Assembly (NCBI RefSeq): GCF_036321535.1
Contig: NC_087437.1
Location: 15,440,001-15,504,000, forward strand
DNA: 64,000 nt
Direction: 5' to 3'
DNA from: Camelus dromedarius
Taxonomy: Eukaryota
The position numbers were made by a program, and so were the translations under genes. Positions 1 to 13,531 of this stretch are shown piece after piece. Below the pieces are notes generated by a model. That model was not told the origin of the DNA and searched no databases. It saw nothing but the letters and a program-made list of their open reading frames with translations. Each line of letters starts with the position of its first letter. The first letter of the stretch is position 1.

Positions 1-561
1 TCTCTATTCTGATTTCTTCATTTTCCTCCACACCTCTGCCGACCAGGGGCTCTCCCTTATGTCCACTTCTGTTGTTCAGGCTGTTCCTCTTCTGGATGAA
101 ATTCTCTCTTTTGCCCTGGGACCCTTCCTCCTTAGTCTTCACACTAGGCTGGTCCATCTGTGCTGGTGGAAACTCCTTCAGAAAGCCTGCTCTGACAGAC
201 CCTCCCCACATGCACCCATGCCCCTCCCACACACTGTGCGCCATTCCTGGGCCCCCAGCACCCCAGTGTGCACCACACTGGGCCCCTCAATGCCTCCATG
301 TGTGAGACCCAAACCCCTGTCTATCAGGACAGCAGGAGAGTCAGGGCTGACTTCTACCCCGACTGGGTCCTCTCCACCTCCTGTCACCATGGATTTCCAA
401 TTCCCAGATCCGCTGGAGGGGACCAGGGACAAGAAAACTTTCTGAGTTCAAAGAGCTGTTTACTAGCCAGAGGCATTGTTAATTTTTAATAAAGCCCTCC
501 CCCAGAATGTTTGTAGGTATGTGTGTGATTTCTTTGGAAGCCAAATCTTGCATTTCAAATA

Positions 562-1157
562 CAGCCATATCTTGTTTCACTCTGCTATGCTTTATTGCAT
601 TTCACAGATATTGCATTTTTTTACTAGTTGAAGGTTTGCAGCAACCTTTCATTGAACACATTATTGGTGTCATTTTTCCAGGGAACTCCGCTTACTTTGC
701 GTCTCTGAGTTACATTTTGGTAATTCTAGTAGTATTTCAATTTTTTTCATTTTTAAAATTATTTTTGTTATGGTCATCTGTGATTTTTTTAATGTTAACT
801 ATTGTAAAAAGATTATGACTTGCTGAAGGCTCAGATGAGGAGCAACAGAGTTGTGTGTTTTGTTTTGTTTTGAGAATAGAAAAGGAATTTATTAGGTTAC
901 GCTACCATAGACAACAGAGAACAGTGGGCCAGACAAACAAGAGGTGCCTATGTGAGCCTAGAGTATTTTTAAAATAAGATATGCACATTGCTTTTTAGAC
1001 ACAATGCTATTGCATACTTAATAGACTGCAGTATAGTGGAAACATAATTTTTATATACACTGGGAAACCAAGAAGTTTGTGCGACTTGCCTTGTTGCAAT
1101 ATTCACTTTGTTGCAAAAGCCTGAAACTGAACCTGCAGTATCTTCAAGGTATTCCCG
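562..1157 (+). mobile_element. Tigger1-family (TcMar-Tigger) internally deleted DNA transposon, interrupted by a ~108-bp insertion at 852-959
   Basis: Starts TA|cagccatatcttgtttcactctgctatgctttattgc and ends ...gcagtatcttcaaggtattcccg, matching both Tigger1 termini (caggcatacctcg...gaggtatgcctg); the internal transposase region is absent. Confidence 0.85.
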
Positions 1158-4100
1158 AAGTGATCGGCTGAAACCAGCTAGACAATAAGTCACTTGTGCC
1201 AAGCAACAGGCTATTTGGCCATTCAAGGATCACCTCTCAAAGAGAAGCTAGGGCCAATATGCCACTGTTCCAACTAGATACTCTAGGTCACTAGGTAGGA
1301 ATTTCAGAAATGAAACAGAAGAGCAAAGAGGTCCTCAGATGGCTTTACTCTGTGGACAGCATTCTTCTTGGAAATGCTTGGTTGGAGGTGTGAGAGTGGG
1401 TGTGGGCATGAGCACTTGGGTTGCAAAATCCGGGAAAAGGTCTCATAGTACGGTTCTCTGTTCAGGGGCATCTGGCGGGACACTGGTTAAAATGTTTGGC
1501 AAACATTCTTGAGCTGGTTGCAGACAGGGGCTACCTCAAGGTGGCTAGAGTCAGGAGGTATATCTTGTAGTGGGCAAGCCTGCTGCAGACCTCAAAGGGA
1601 CCCCATGACTGCCTATCTCTGCGTTCCAGAGACAGAAGGGGGAGGGGGCTCCCAAAAGCGGATGGGAAATTTACACACATTTTCCCTCTTCCTCTTGTTC
1701 CCTCCTCTCTGGATGGAGGGCAGGGCCTCCCAGGCAGGGCAGGGCCAGGGGCCTCAGTGGACCCTGCCTGAGCTGGCAGCCACACCTGGGTAAGAGGGTC
1801 ATCACAGCTCACATGTGCCAGATCAAGTGTGCACAGATGGGCACTGGGCTGGCCAGCCTGCTAGCACATGCATTTGCTTCACTCACAGTAGGGGAAGAGA
1901 GGCTCGCCCAGTAGGTCTGTGCTTTCTACCTCCAAGATTTTCCCTCTCTGTCCACCTTGCTCCCCTCTTCCTGTAGGTCATGATTCTTCCCAGGTGACAG
2001 TGTGGCTGGCTGGGCCTGGAATCCTGCCCAGGAAAGATGCAGAGGTGACCCAGTTCTCAGAGTAAGCAGACTTGATGCCTTTGCTCTGGAGAGTGCAGCT
2101 CCCAGGGGTGTGGTTGCATCATAGGTGTGTATGTGGCTGAGCAAGGGATCCAGCCACCCACACCCTCATTCCCTCTTAGCCTGGGCTCGGGCTCAGGCCT
2201 GGGTCTGTGCCTGTGATGTGGCCTCAGTCTGGCCCTGCAGCTGTGCCCTCACTGCACCCAACAGGAAATCAAGGCGAGTTCTGAGCTAGGCCTAGCAGCC
2301 CTCCCCCCCCCCCCGGAGCTGGGAGGGGAAAGGTCCCTTTACTTCCCAAATGGTTGATTGGTAGAGGGGGAGCTCCGGGGCCCAAGTGGCAACATCAAAG
2401 GCAGACTCTGCTAGTTGTGAAATTCTCCCTTCTAGCCTCCCCTGGACACGGCCTTTGACAGTTTATGGGACACAGGATGCCCACTGGAATCCGGAGAAGG
2501 AAGCAAATCCACAGGAAGAGCCTGGATACCAGGATGGAAGATTCCACCTCTACTTCCAAGTGTCAAGCTGGGGGACTGCTTTTCTTTGTCCTTTTGCGAG
2601 TCCCGGTGGTGCACTCTCTGAACCCTTCTCGGCCCTCCTTTCAGGTTTTCCCCCAAGTCTCTTCTTCCAGCACCACCCCTCTCTCCACTGCAGGCATTGG
2701 GGCCTGAATCTCTATCAGGCTGCTTCACAGGCTCTGTGTCTTTCACGGAGTTAATTCCACCAGAGTCGGAGCATTTTTGGAATTAGGCTCCACAATGATT
2801 GAGGTAAGAGAGTGTTATCCTAAAGTATGACGGAGACTTTACTTTCCAGACTGCACACATCCCTTGAGCCTCACTCTGTGCCCCTTGGCTTCTGATGCTC
2901 CCACAGGCCCAGGGCCAGGATGATTCCTGCCGGCATGAAGTCCCATCAGGGAGGGAGCTCTGAACACTGCTCCTATCTCCTCCCACTGCTTTAAACCTCA
3001 GAAGCGCACCCCTCCCTTTATTCTCATCTGGGCAGCCATCAGGCTGGGGAAGGGAACGAGGATGGAAATCTCAGAACTGGCATATTAGAGGCAGGAAAGG
3101 AGGGAAGGTCATTTTGAAATATCAACTTAGCCCCAAGCACCTGCCTCTTCCGCAGAGCTACCCTGTACTGAGCGGGTTCTGATTTGGTGGACGTGCACTG
3201 CTGCTTGGAAAGACCCTCTGCTCCTGGCAAGAGGTCCCAGGGAACGTGAGGCGGTTCCAGGGTTTGCAAGACTCCTTGCAGAAAAGAGCCCGGGGCAGGT
3301 GTCCGAGGCGGCTGGGGCAGGGCCAGTGTGATGGAAGAGTGCCCCCTAGCGAGCCTCATCCTTAGGCTGCTAGGGCCAGCTCCGCCCAGGGCTCCCAAGG
3401 TGGACCTGGGGTTCCCCAGGGGTTGGGGAAGGGGTTTGTTTGGGACAGAATTTCATCTGAGGGATACCTCTCTTCCAGGCCCCTCCAAGAACGGACTGAT
3501 GTCTCCAGTCATGTTTCTCAGCTTTCCTCGCATTTCAGCCTCTCCTGGGCTTTCCCTTGTTCTTCAAAGAGATACCACCTTTAACACAAACAAACATTGA
3601 CATTGAGGAAACATCTGTCATTTACTCACCTATTTGCCCTTTCATGCATCTCTTCTGTCTTGTATTTCATGTATTAGTTCAATAAGTTTTTCCTGAGCCC
3701 CAGCTCTAAGCCAGACCTGGTGACTCAAAGCGGGGGTCTCCATCCTTGCAGAGCTCACAGATCACTGGGTGCAGGAGAGAAAACGCAGAGAGCTCCACAC
3801 TAGAGGAAGGAGGTATGGGCATAGAGAGGGAATCCTGGCAGGCTTCCACTAGGAGATGCTTCTCAAGCTGAGTGCTGCAGGCCAAGATGGACTGTGAGCC
3901 TGGCATCTGGAGAACTTGCACTAGAAGCACAGATCCCCCTGGCTCACTAAAACAGAAGCAGGATGTGTCAAGCCATTCACAGGTGGCTTCTGATCTCCAG
4001 CCACTCATATGTGCCTGTCCTGGAGTAATTCTGGGACAGAAGGACTCCCAGGGGACACAAGGAAACTTTGGGGGCTGCTACATACATTTCCTGTCTTGAT

Positions 4101-4199
4101 TGTGGTGTGCAGATGTCCACATGGATCGAATTGTGTACTTTAAATCAGTGTTGTTTACTGTAAGCCTGGTATACCTCCATAAAAAAGAAAAAATGTAGT

Positions 4200-5900
4200 A
4201 AGTTACATAGCGCTGCAATGTGAAAAGCAGTGCTAATTGCATGCTTCTCCCCATTCAATTCCATTCCCAAGAGACAACCACTTTCAAGCCTTTTAGATGC
4301 TCTGTTATTTACACCTTAATTTCTAAAAAAGCTTCAATTTCATGGTGTTTCTTTTTTAGGTACCATCTATCTACTTCCTACTACCTCTTACTCACCACAT
4401 ATCCACACAGACACTTAACCCACACACACACTTCTCTCCTCCACCCTCCACATGGCAGCATGACACTTTGGTCAAATTACTATCCAGTGTTTATGTTATT
4501 GTGACTATGTAAATACTGTTCATAGCTGAATCACATACTGTGCCATGATGACACTTCCTTCCTTTTACAACTTTTGTTTTCCTTGGAGTTAAATATTTGC
4601 CTGACTTTTTTCCTTTTCTCCTTTTCATGGCATGCTACATATTTAGCATTAATTTGTGCCCAAATGGACAGAAAAAAACCCCTAAAATTCCACCCAACGA
4701 AGGTAGACCCATTGGTGTTCGATCAGGTCCATTTTGGGATGGATTTAGGGATGGATGCCTTAGGGCCATCCCTGCTGGGGAGCTGGGATGGGGTGCTCTC
4801 TGGTCCCAAAGAACAGCTTCCCTCCAGACATCTCCCTTCATCTTCACTACTGGCCCTCCCCTCACTTCTCTTCTGTTTGGTTCCTTGTTTTCTGGATTCC
4901 TCATCTTCATCTTCTAGTAGCTTCCTAGGAATGGAACTGTGGGAGGCAAACATTTTTTAAACTTTCACATCTCTGAGTGTCTTTACTCTGTCCTCATGCT
5001 CTGTTGTTGATAGCTGGCTGGGTATGAAATTCTAGCTTAGAAATGAATTTCCCTCTATATTTTGACAGTGTTGCTCCATTGTCTCCTTGCTTCCAATGCT
5101 GCTGTTGAGAAAAATGATGTGATTCTGAGTCCTGATCTGTGGATAGAAACCATTTTCTCTCTGGAAGCTTTTAGGATTTTCTTGGCATGTCCGATATCCT
5201 GAAATTTCCCAGCAATGTCCTTTTCTATGCTTTTATTCTTTGTTCTGGGACAAACAGACAACTTTGTTTATGGGTCTTTCAATCTGGTACCTTAGGTCCC
5301 TAAGCACTGGGAAGTTTTCTCATACGATTTTTTTTTTAGCAGGTTTTTACTTTTTTTTTTTTTTTTTAAAGCAGATCTCCTATGATTTTCTTGGTACTTT
5401 TTGCCAGTTTAACTGTTCTCTTTTGGGGCACTCCAGTTATTTGGATGTCGGAACTCTCAACATGATTCTCTAATTTTAAAATCTTTCTTTCCTATTATCT
5501 TTATTTTTTTCTGGGAAAATTCCACCCCTTTCTATTTCAACCCTTCTGTATTTTTGCTGTCATTTCTAATTTTCAAGAGCTGTTCCTTATTCAGTGTTCC
5601 CTTTTAGAACATCACCCTCTTGTTATATGAATTAACGATCTCTCTTATCCCTCTAGAAATGGTATTTATAATGAAAATTGTTTTCTTATTCCCGTCTGCA
5701 CATTATCTCTGTTTCCTTGGAGTTCATTTTTTTTTCTGTTTGTTTGTTTTGGTCTCTGTTTTTCGTAGTTACGGCCTCCCTCAAATGACTTGGATTCTTG
5801 GCTGTCCGGTCCTGTTTAAGAGAAAGGCTTTCACAGCTGTGGATGCAGAGGTAGATTCTTGGCAGGTCTCACAGATAAAGGATGGGATGCAGTGCTGGCC
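4200..5900 (-). mobile_element. Old, fragmented L1 (L1ME/HAL1-like) remnant
   Basis: T-rich + strand; the minus-strand ORF 5055-5261 (HAKKILKASREK...SGLRITSFFSTAALEARRQWSN) resembles the C-terminal region of L1 ORF1p. Confidence 0.65.
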
Positions 5901-7469
5901 CTGATTGGGGGGACCCCAAAATATCAGAATATGTAGGCCATTTCCATTGAGCCAATCAGTTTCCCAGTGAAGGATCCTCTGAATTTCCTGCCTGAAGGCT
6001 GGCAGCCTGGCTGCCTGTGTTTCAAGAGCCAAACAGGGAAAGGGAGAGAAGGGGGTTTGGGGGGAGTGACTCTACCCCCCCCCCCCCCCCCGACTGCCAC
6101 CGCTGCCAGCAGTCTCTCCACTTGGCTGCGGGGATTGGAGGGGGAGGTGCGGGGGATGGGTGGTCTCTTCTTCTTGTGGTGAGGGAGGGGTCTTCCAAGG
6201 GTGCATCTTTCATAAGGCTTTCAGCCCACCCGCGGGTTTCAGCCTCCACTCACCTCTGTCTTGGAGATGCTGGGGACTCCATTTGCTTAGAGTGTCTGAG
6301 GCTCTGCCCAGCTTGCTTCTTTCCCTCCCGGAACACCACGCAGTGAGGGAAAGCTAAGCCCTCATCTCTCTGCTTTCCATTTCCCAGAATTCTGCTGGCA
6401 TCGCCCTCCTGCCCTCTTCTCTCCTGACCTCTCCTCTCCTGCCTTCTTTGGCCAAGGGGTTGGGCTTTGGCCTTTCAGCTCTCTTCCTGCCCGGTGGGGC
6501 CCGGGTGAAGGTGCTGGTCTCTCCTTCCTCCCAGTTTGGCTGGTCTGGACCTCCTCTTGGTTTTTCTCACCGAGGTGGCTCATGCCGGGCCATGTCAGGA
6601 CTGGTGTGGGCACTTGGGCAGGAAGCTGGCAAATTCAGGGTTGTTCAGCTGGTTCTGTGACTTCAGGGCTGGCTCTCCCTGCTGTGGGCTGGGTCCACGT
6701 ACATCCTCCCAGGATAAGCCAGGATGGGGGGGGCTTCCGTGACTAAAGGACACACGGTGCTTTGCTACCCAGGCACTGCAGGGCTGCAGCCAAGACTTTG
6801 GACAGGAAGACTCGAGGCTTGGGGGTTTAGAACTTCAGTTCCAGGAGGTTGCTGGTTCTCCCTTGAGACACCACCTTGTCTTCCCAAACCTTGGTATTTG
6901 GGAGAAGGCTGGCCCGGACAGGATGGAAACATCCTGATAACTGGCTTATTTTGTGCACAAGCTCTCAGGGTGTGTTGTTGTGGGGTGCTCCAAGAAACCT
7001 GTGGTCAAATGTGCAAGGGAGACTCCATAAACAGTATTGCTCCCTCTGAAGTCTGAAACCTCCAGCAGGAAGGAAGCCATATCTGTGTTTAAGGCACCCA
7101 CATGAGTGAGGACAGGCTGAAAGAAAGACTGATCTGAAAAGGTATCAGGCAGTGGACAATTGGAGTCCAGTCTATCATCCTGGTGGGAAGTAAGATGGCC
7201 CCAGAGTCGGAGGCAGTGAAGAAAGCCGCCCATATTTAGGCTAGTCCTCGGCTAAATTCTGTTGGAAGCAGTGGGTCTTGGCTGCCTGACCTGCTTTTCC
7301 AGACTCTTTTGGCAGACCCTCCCCCAACACCAGCCCAAATCCAAAGTGGCTGGTGCTGGGGGAGACATGGAATCCGACACCGGGACAAAGAAGTGACCCT
7401 GGAGAGGCACAGAGAGAGTGTATCCTCTGAGGTCAGCAGGGACAGAGGTGCATCGGTTACAGGGAGCAG

Positions 7470-8570
7470 AGGGCAGAAAGAGTTTAAAGCACAGTTTGAT
7501 GAATTTTGGTAATTCTGTCTAGCTGTGTAACCACAGTCACAATAAAGATTTAGATCTTTTCCGTCTCTTTAAAGAGTTTTCTTGCGCTGATTTGCAGGTA
7601 ATTTCCTCCCTTGATTCTCAGCCCCAAGTAAACACAGGTATGCTTTCTGTCACTATAGTTTCGCCTTTTCTAGAATTTTATAAAAATAGAATCATTAGTC
7701 TTACAATAAGTAGCCTTTGATACATAGCTTGATTTCTTCCAGTTAGCATTTTTCTTTTCAGAGTCTTTTAATTTGTTGCCTGTGTTAATATTCCATTCCT
7801 TTTTAAAAGATGAGCAGTATTTCTGGGTAGAGATGTACCACAGTTTGTCCTTTCTCAGTTGGTGGATATTTGGGTAGTTTCCAGTCTGGGGGTCATTATA
7901 AATAAATTTGCTGTGAATATTCATGTACAAGTCTTTGTGTGGACACACATTTTTATTTCTCTTGGGTGAACAGCTAGGAATGAAATTGCTGGGTATGTGG
8001 AAAGTGTGGGCTTCACTTTGTAAGATACTACCACAATGTTTTACTAAGCGGTGAACCATTTTACATCCCCACCACTGATGTAGGGGTATGTCCAGTTGCT
8101 CCACATCTGTCAGCACTTGTTATTGTCAACCTTTTAAATTTTACCCACTCTAGTGGATTCATAATGGTGCCTCATCATGGTTTTAGTTTGTTACTCTCTG
8201 ATGAATGGTGATGTTGATCATCTTTTCATGTGCTTATTTGCCACGCATACATCTTTTATGAAGTGTCTGTTCAAATGTTTTGCCCATTTAAAAAATTATC
8301 TTCTTTTTATTGAATTGTAAGAGTTCTTTATATATTCTGGATACAAGTCTTTAAAAATTTTTTTTTGTTTTAAAAAAATTTTTTTTGGAATGGGGAGGTG
8401 ATTAGGCTTATTTATTTGTTTTAATGGAGGTATTGGGGATTGAACCCAGGACCTCATGCCTGCTAAGCATACACTCTACCACTGAGCTGTACCCACCCTG
8501 CTGGATACAAGTCTTTTCTGAGATACGGTTTGCAAATATTTTCTTCCAGTCTATGGCTTGCCTTTCCTTT
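7470..8570 (-). mobile_element. L1M (L1MB/MC-like) 3' end with a nested SINE
   Basis: Typical L1 3' region in antisense (gctgtgaatattcatgtacaagtctttgtgtggac, gcaaatattttcttccagtctatggcttg); the minus-strand ORF 7670-8116 resembles a decayed ORF2 C-terminus. Confidence 0.8.
8353..8500 (-). mobile_element. tRNA-Ala-derived SINE (camelid Vic-1 type)
   Basis: Minus strand has A box (agctcagtggtagag) and B box (gggttcaatcccc) plus an A-rich tail; 16-bp TSD ctggatacaagtcttt at 8337-8352 and 8501-8516. Confidence 0.92.
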
Positions 8571-8574
8571 TGAG

Positions 8575-8745
8575 TTGGAGATGAACCACATACTTTCTGG
8601 GTGACCTTGAACAAGTGACTTAACTTCTCCAAGCCTTGGTTTCCTCATGTGTAAAATAAGAATAAAAATGGTATTTAGTCACAGATTTGTTACGAGAATC
8701 AATTCACTGTAAGGTGAGAAGTGCCTGGCCTTGCCTGGCACACAC
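8575..8745 (+). mobile_element. MIR SINE fragment
   Basis: MIR core gtgaccttgaacaagtgacttaacttctccaagccttggtttcctcatgtgtaaaat. Confidence 0.8.
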
Positions 8746-8924
8746 TGGGCTATGGTTTCCTAGGGGAAGCCCACTCTTCTGAGCATGAAGATGAAGGGAA
8801 AGCCACCGTACAGATACCATGGCCACTGCTGATAAACTTGACAGATGACTTGGTGCCAGGCCACTCGACTGTGGGCCTAGGAGAGGCTGGTGGGCTCCAT
8901 TCAATATGTGTAGGGATTCTGTAG

Positions 8925-9545
8925 GCCAGTGGCCATGAAATATTTTCTTACATACACCCAACACTTTTGAACATTTTTTTACTCTCTAGCATACTTAAAA
9001 GTTAACATTTATATCAGAAGTTTAAATAGTTCCAAATGGTGTGATTTTCAATAAAAATGACATTTAAAAATAAGATGGCTCATTTGCTCTTTTAAATTAT
9101 CATACTGGATCTAAGTGTTACCACACTTTAATACCTACCAACATGCTTTAGGAAAATTAATTACATGGAAGATCCTTTTTTTAAAAATCAGAAATTCTAG
9201 TTAGCTCTTTTCTTCCTGAAATTATATTTCTATCCTCTTTCCTACAGAATTTTTTGCTCTTCTAATATATCTTTATGCTAGAAAGTCTTTTAATGATCCT
9301 TCATCATACTTCTCTTCAATGAAAATAGAAATGAAAACATTTTAAACATGTAAACATTTTCTGTGATTGTAAAGCTCTAGAAAGTAAACATTTCTATTCT
9401 GAATTAAGTTGTATGACAATTATTATTCACATACAATTGATAAAAACAAAGCATGTTACACATTTTGACAAATAATTATTAAACAAAGTAATATTTTATT
9501 GGAAATTTATTTCTCAGTGTTACAGATGGAGTGTGTGTTATGGGT
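8925..9545. mobile_element. AT-rich probable ancient hAT-type DNA transposon fossil
   Basis: Abrupt AT-rich block within GC-richer flanks with the texture of a Charlie-like fossil; family not pinned down. Confidence 0.35.
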
Positions 9546-10152
9546 CTTATTGTTTGGGATTCTGACCCCGGGGACAATGCACTTGAGTGAGACTCCTTTG
9601 CCCCCGTGGAGAGGGTGAGGGTGAGAGGGGAGGAAGGGAAGGAGCCCAGCAGGAGATCTCCAGCCCAGGACTCACAGGTAGACCAGTTTTAAGAGGTTGT
9701 ACAGGTAAGTTGAAGTCCAGGAAGCTGGTTCTGTTAAACACCAGCGCCCTCAGTTCTTGGCAAGTCCATAGGCGCCTCAAGAACGTGCAGAGGTTGGCAG
9801 CATGCCAGTGTAGGTTACACAGAGGCCTGCTTGGGCTGTGTCCCGTGCTTTCCAATGCAGACGTCTGATCATAGGGTGAGTGTGTGTCTGGAGATGAGTG
9901 GGGTGTGCCTGTGGGATATGAGGTGTCTGTAAGGAGGCAGCAGCCCAGTAATACACAAGCAGAATAAATAAAAAACACACAATAAAATGTTTGGCATTTT
10001 TTACCAATGCCCCCTCCTCAGCCAAGCAAATGGCAGCATATTTCCCCCCCCAAAATGTTTGTTTTTAATGCACAGAAAAAGAATCCGTATAATCCTCCAT
10101 TGATATAAAAGGCAACTTAAGCTAATTAGCTTTTCAAAAAGAGAACAGTAGC

Positions 10153-10725
10153 TGTGATAGTTAATTTCATGTGTTAACTTGGCTAGACTCTGGTGCCCAG
10201 TTGTTGCGTCAGACACCAGTCTAGATGCTGTGAGGGTATTTTTAAGATGTGGTGGCAGGGAACTCATGGCTTAAGTGGTAGAGCACATGCTTAGCACGCA
10301 CGAGGTCCTGGGTTCAATCCCCAGTACCTCCATTAAAAATAAATAAATAAATAAGCCTAATTACCCTACCCCCCCCCAAAAAAAAAACACCAAAACAAAC
10401 AAACAAAGAAGATGTGGTTAACATTTGAGTAAAGCAGATTTCTTTCCATTACTTAAATGGGCCTCGTTGAATTGGTTGAAGGCCTTAAGAGAAAAGATTG
10501 AGATCCCCAGAAAAGGAAAGAATTCTGAATTCCAGACTGCCTGCAGACTCAAGGCACAACATCAAATCTTACTAGAATTTCCAATCTGCCAGCCTACCCT
10601 ATACAGATTTTGGACTTGCCAGCCCACCGCAATTGTGTTAGTCAATTCCTTACAATAGCTCTCTCTCCACACACACACACACACACACACACAATTTATT
10701 GATTTCTCTGGAGAACCCTGACTGA
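10153..10725 (+). mobile_element. MLT2 (ERVL) solo LTR with a nested SINE and a (CA)n repeat
   Basis: Starts tgtgatagttaatttcatgtgttaacttggctag and ends ...tctctggagaaccctgact, matching MLT2C/D termini. Confidence 0.85.
10254..10408 (+). mobile_element. tRNA-Ala-derived SINE (Vic-1 type)
   Basis: ggcttaagtggtagagcacatgcttagcacgcacgaggtcctgggttcaatccccagtacctcca followed by an A-rich tail; TSD aagatgtggt at 10244-10253 and 10409-10418. Confidence 0.92.
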
Positions 10726-11019
10726 GGTAATATTCATTGGATTTTCACACTACATGCAAAACCCTCTGGAACTTTTGTGAGGATAGAATACATTTCTTGT
10801 TTATTAAGCCCTTGCAATGTGGGGGTTGATTTATTATTGCTGCCTAGTCGACACTAATACACAAATCTACTATGTGCCAGACACTGTCTAGGGATAAGAT
10901 TCACCTCAAAGGTCTGTTGTGAGCATTTAATGAAATGTTATGTGCGAGAAAGAGGTTTGGCTGCACAGGGTTTCTCTTGAGGCTGCCGTCAAGATGGTGG
11001 GGCTGCAATCATCTGAGGT

Positions 11020-11590
11020 AATTGGAGCATTTAGCTATTTATATTTAATAAAATTACTAGTATCTTTGAGTTTAAATCCATCATCTCACTATTAGTGTTT
11101 CATTTGTTTCACTTGTTTTTTGTTTTTTTTCCCTCCTTCCTTACTTTCTAAGCACTTTTTATTACTCTATCTCATTTAACTTACTAATTATATATTCTTT
11201 GATTAGTTTTTAGTGATCACCCTAGCAATTACAATACGTACCTTGATTTATTAAAGTTAAAAAAAATGAATACTTTTACCATTTCCAGGACATTGCAAAG
11301 ATCTTAGAACACTTTAACTCCATTACTCCCCTCCCATCTTTTGTGCTGTATTTTAATTCCACATATATTTCAAACCTCACAAGTCATTATTATTCTTTTC
11401 TTATATATAATCAATATTCATTTAGTTTTACCATATATTTATCCTCTTCATTGCTCTCTATTCCTTCCTTCATCTCTGTGCTTCTACTTGGGGTCATTTT
11501 CCTTTTGCTCTCGAAGTGTTCCCTTAATGGGGGTTTGCTGGTGACAAAAGCTCTCCATTTTATTCGTTGGAAGTCTTTGTTTTGTCCTCC
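11020..11590 (-). mobile_element. Old L1 (L1MC/ME) fragment
   Basis: T-rich antisense L1 texture (ttggagcatttagctatttatatttaat...). Confidence 0.6.
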
Positions 11591-12897
11591 CTCCCTCCCT
11601 GTCTGGAGGAGCAGTGCACTCTTGGCTGCCAAGAGAAGGCCCTGGTACAGCCAGGCTGTCCTTCTAGATAACATGGGCTGTGTCAAAAGATCGCCCCATC
11701 TTTCTTGGGTGCCAGAGGCACCAGTAAAGGCAGTGTTTGACAGAAGCCAGAGGGAGGGATTTGATTCTGACTTGGGCCAAAGGATCAGATCTGGCTCTGG
11801 TCAGGTTTCGGAAGGAGACCTGTTCTTGGCACCTCGTCTTACAGATCAGGATCTCCATGGAGCAGCTCTGGTGTCCAGCCTCACTCTGGTCAGGTGAGAT
11901 GGGGAAGGAGGGCCACTGAGTCCGCCAGACGTCCACTCTCATACATGATAGGTAACTTTATCAGGCTTACTTTCTCCACAAGGCCAAGCAAAACTATTTC
12001 GTAAACTGCTCTCCCCTGGAATTTGCCCAATAAGCCCAAGGCCTGTGTGGATGGAAGTGAGTGGTCCTCAGTGTCCCGTCTCTGGCCAACTCTCAGCAGC
12101 CAAAGTGGCTCATGCTGGGTGTATTAGACCCTGAGGGGGTCTGATCCAGTGTGAATCAGTGGCTGCCCCCAAGGATCTCACAGTGACTTGGGCAGTTCAA
12201 GTCTCCAGATGGTATCCTGGCCTGGGGTCCCAGACACCCAATTCTTGCATCCTATACTCCGAGTCAAGCAGAAAAGCAACACCAGGGCGGAGGGCAGGTT
12301 GGAGAGACATTCGGTAGCCTCCTTCCTCCCCACAAAATCACAGAAGCCCCACCTGCCAAGGTGAGTAACCATCTATGTTGAGGACACAAGAAACAAAACA
12401 GAAGCACAGCTGACCTCTGTCTGGGCCTGCGGCTCTCTCTGGAGCCGAAGGAAATTTGGAATGCTTTTCTAGTGGGCTGCCCATGTTTAGTTATTTCTCT
12501 ACAGGCTAAAAAGAGAGGCAGAAAGCCTTTCCTTCTCTAAATTTTATTTTGCCGAGCAAAACAAAAACACATTCTACATGGTTCCCTCTGTAAGGAGTAC
12601 TTTCCGCCAACATAGCCCACGGCTCATGCTCTCACTGCCGGTCTCTACTCAAATGCCACCTCCTCAGAGAAGCCTTTCCAAATAGCTTACTACCACTGTC
12701 ACCCTGACTCACCACCCACCTGAAACCCTGGCAATTTCCCGTTTCCCTTCACTGCTTTGTTTTTCCCTGTCACCAGGCCTCACTTATCATCTGCCTCCAC
12801 TCACTAGACTGTCAGCTTCACGAGGGCAGAGGTGTGTGGATGTTTTGTCCCCTGCTATGTCCCAGGACCAAGAACGCTGCTTGGTACCTCATTGGTA

Positions 12898-13531
12898 TAT
12901 GAATTATTTATTGCTTCATAAGAAATCACCCCAAATTCAGTGGCTTAAAATGACATTTACTATCTTACAGTTACGGTGGTCAGGAATCTGGATGCAGCTT
13001 GGCTGGATCCTCTGGTTCTGCACCCCTCACAAGGCTGCCGTCCAAGTGTCAGCTGTGGCTGCAGCCTTATCTGAAGACTCGAGTGGGGAGGATCTGTTTC
13101 CGGTTCATAGGGTTGCTGGCAGGATTCAGTGTCTTGCAGGCTGTTGGACTGAGGGCCTCTGTTCCTCATTGGCTGTTGGCCAGAGTCTGCCCTCATTGGA
13201 CATCTCACAACATGGCAGCTGACCTCATCAGAATGTGTAAACACCGAGAACCACAGACATCATGAGCAAGGTGGAAACTACTACCTTTTGTAAACTAATG
13301 TTGGATGTGATTTCCCATCACCTTTGCTGCATTCTATTCATTAGAAGAAAGTTACTAGGCCCAGTGCACACTCAAGGGAAGGGGATTACACGAGAATATA
13401 GTAACCAGGAAATGGGATCATTGGGAGCCATTTAAAAAATTTTTTTTCCTTTTTACTTTTTATTGAAGTATAGTTGATATACACTGTTATATTAGTTTCA
13501 AGGGCGCCATCTTAGAAACTGGCAATCACAA
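12898..13531 (-). mobile_element. MLT1E/F-like MaLR LTR, containing a short L1 3'-tail insertion at ~13435-13501 and lying within an L2 fragment
   Basis: MaLR motifs ccccaaattcagtggcttaaaa, ggcaggattcagt and cacactcaagggaaggggatta; L2 tail (tgaa)n resumes at 13555-13577. Confidence 0.8.

Noticed and set aside
10254..10332. Apparent tRNA-Ala gene (and similar tRNA-like hits elsewhere)
   Set aside because: It has an A-rich tail, a TSD and a broken acceptor stem, so it is a SINE rather than a functional tRNA.
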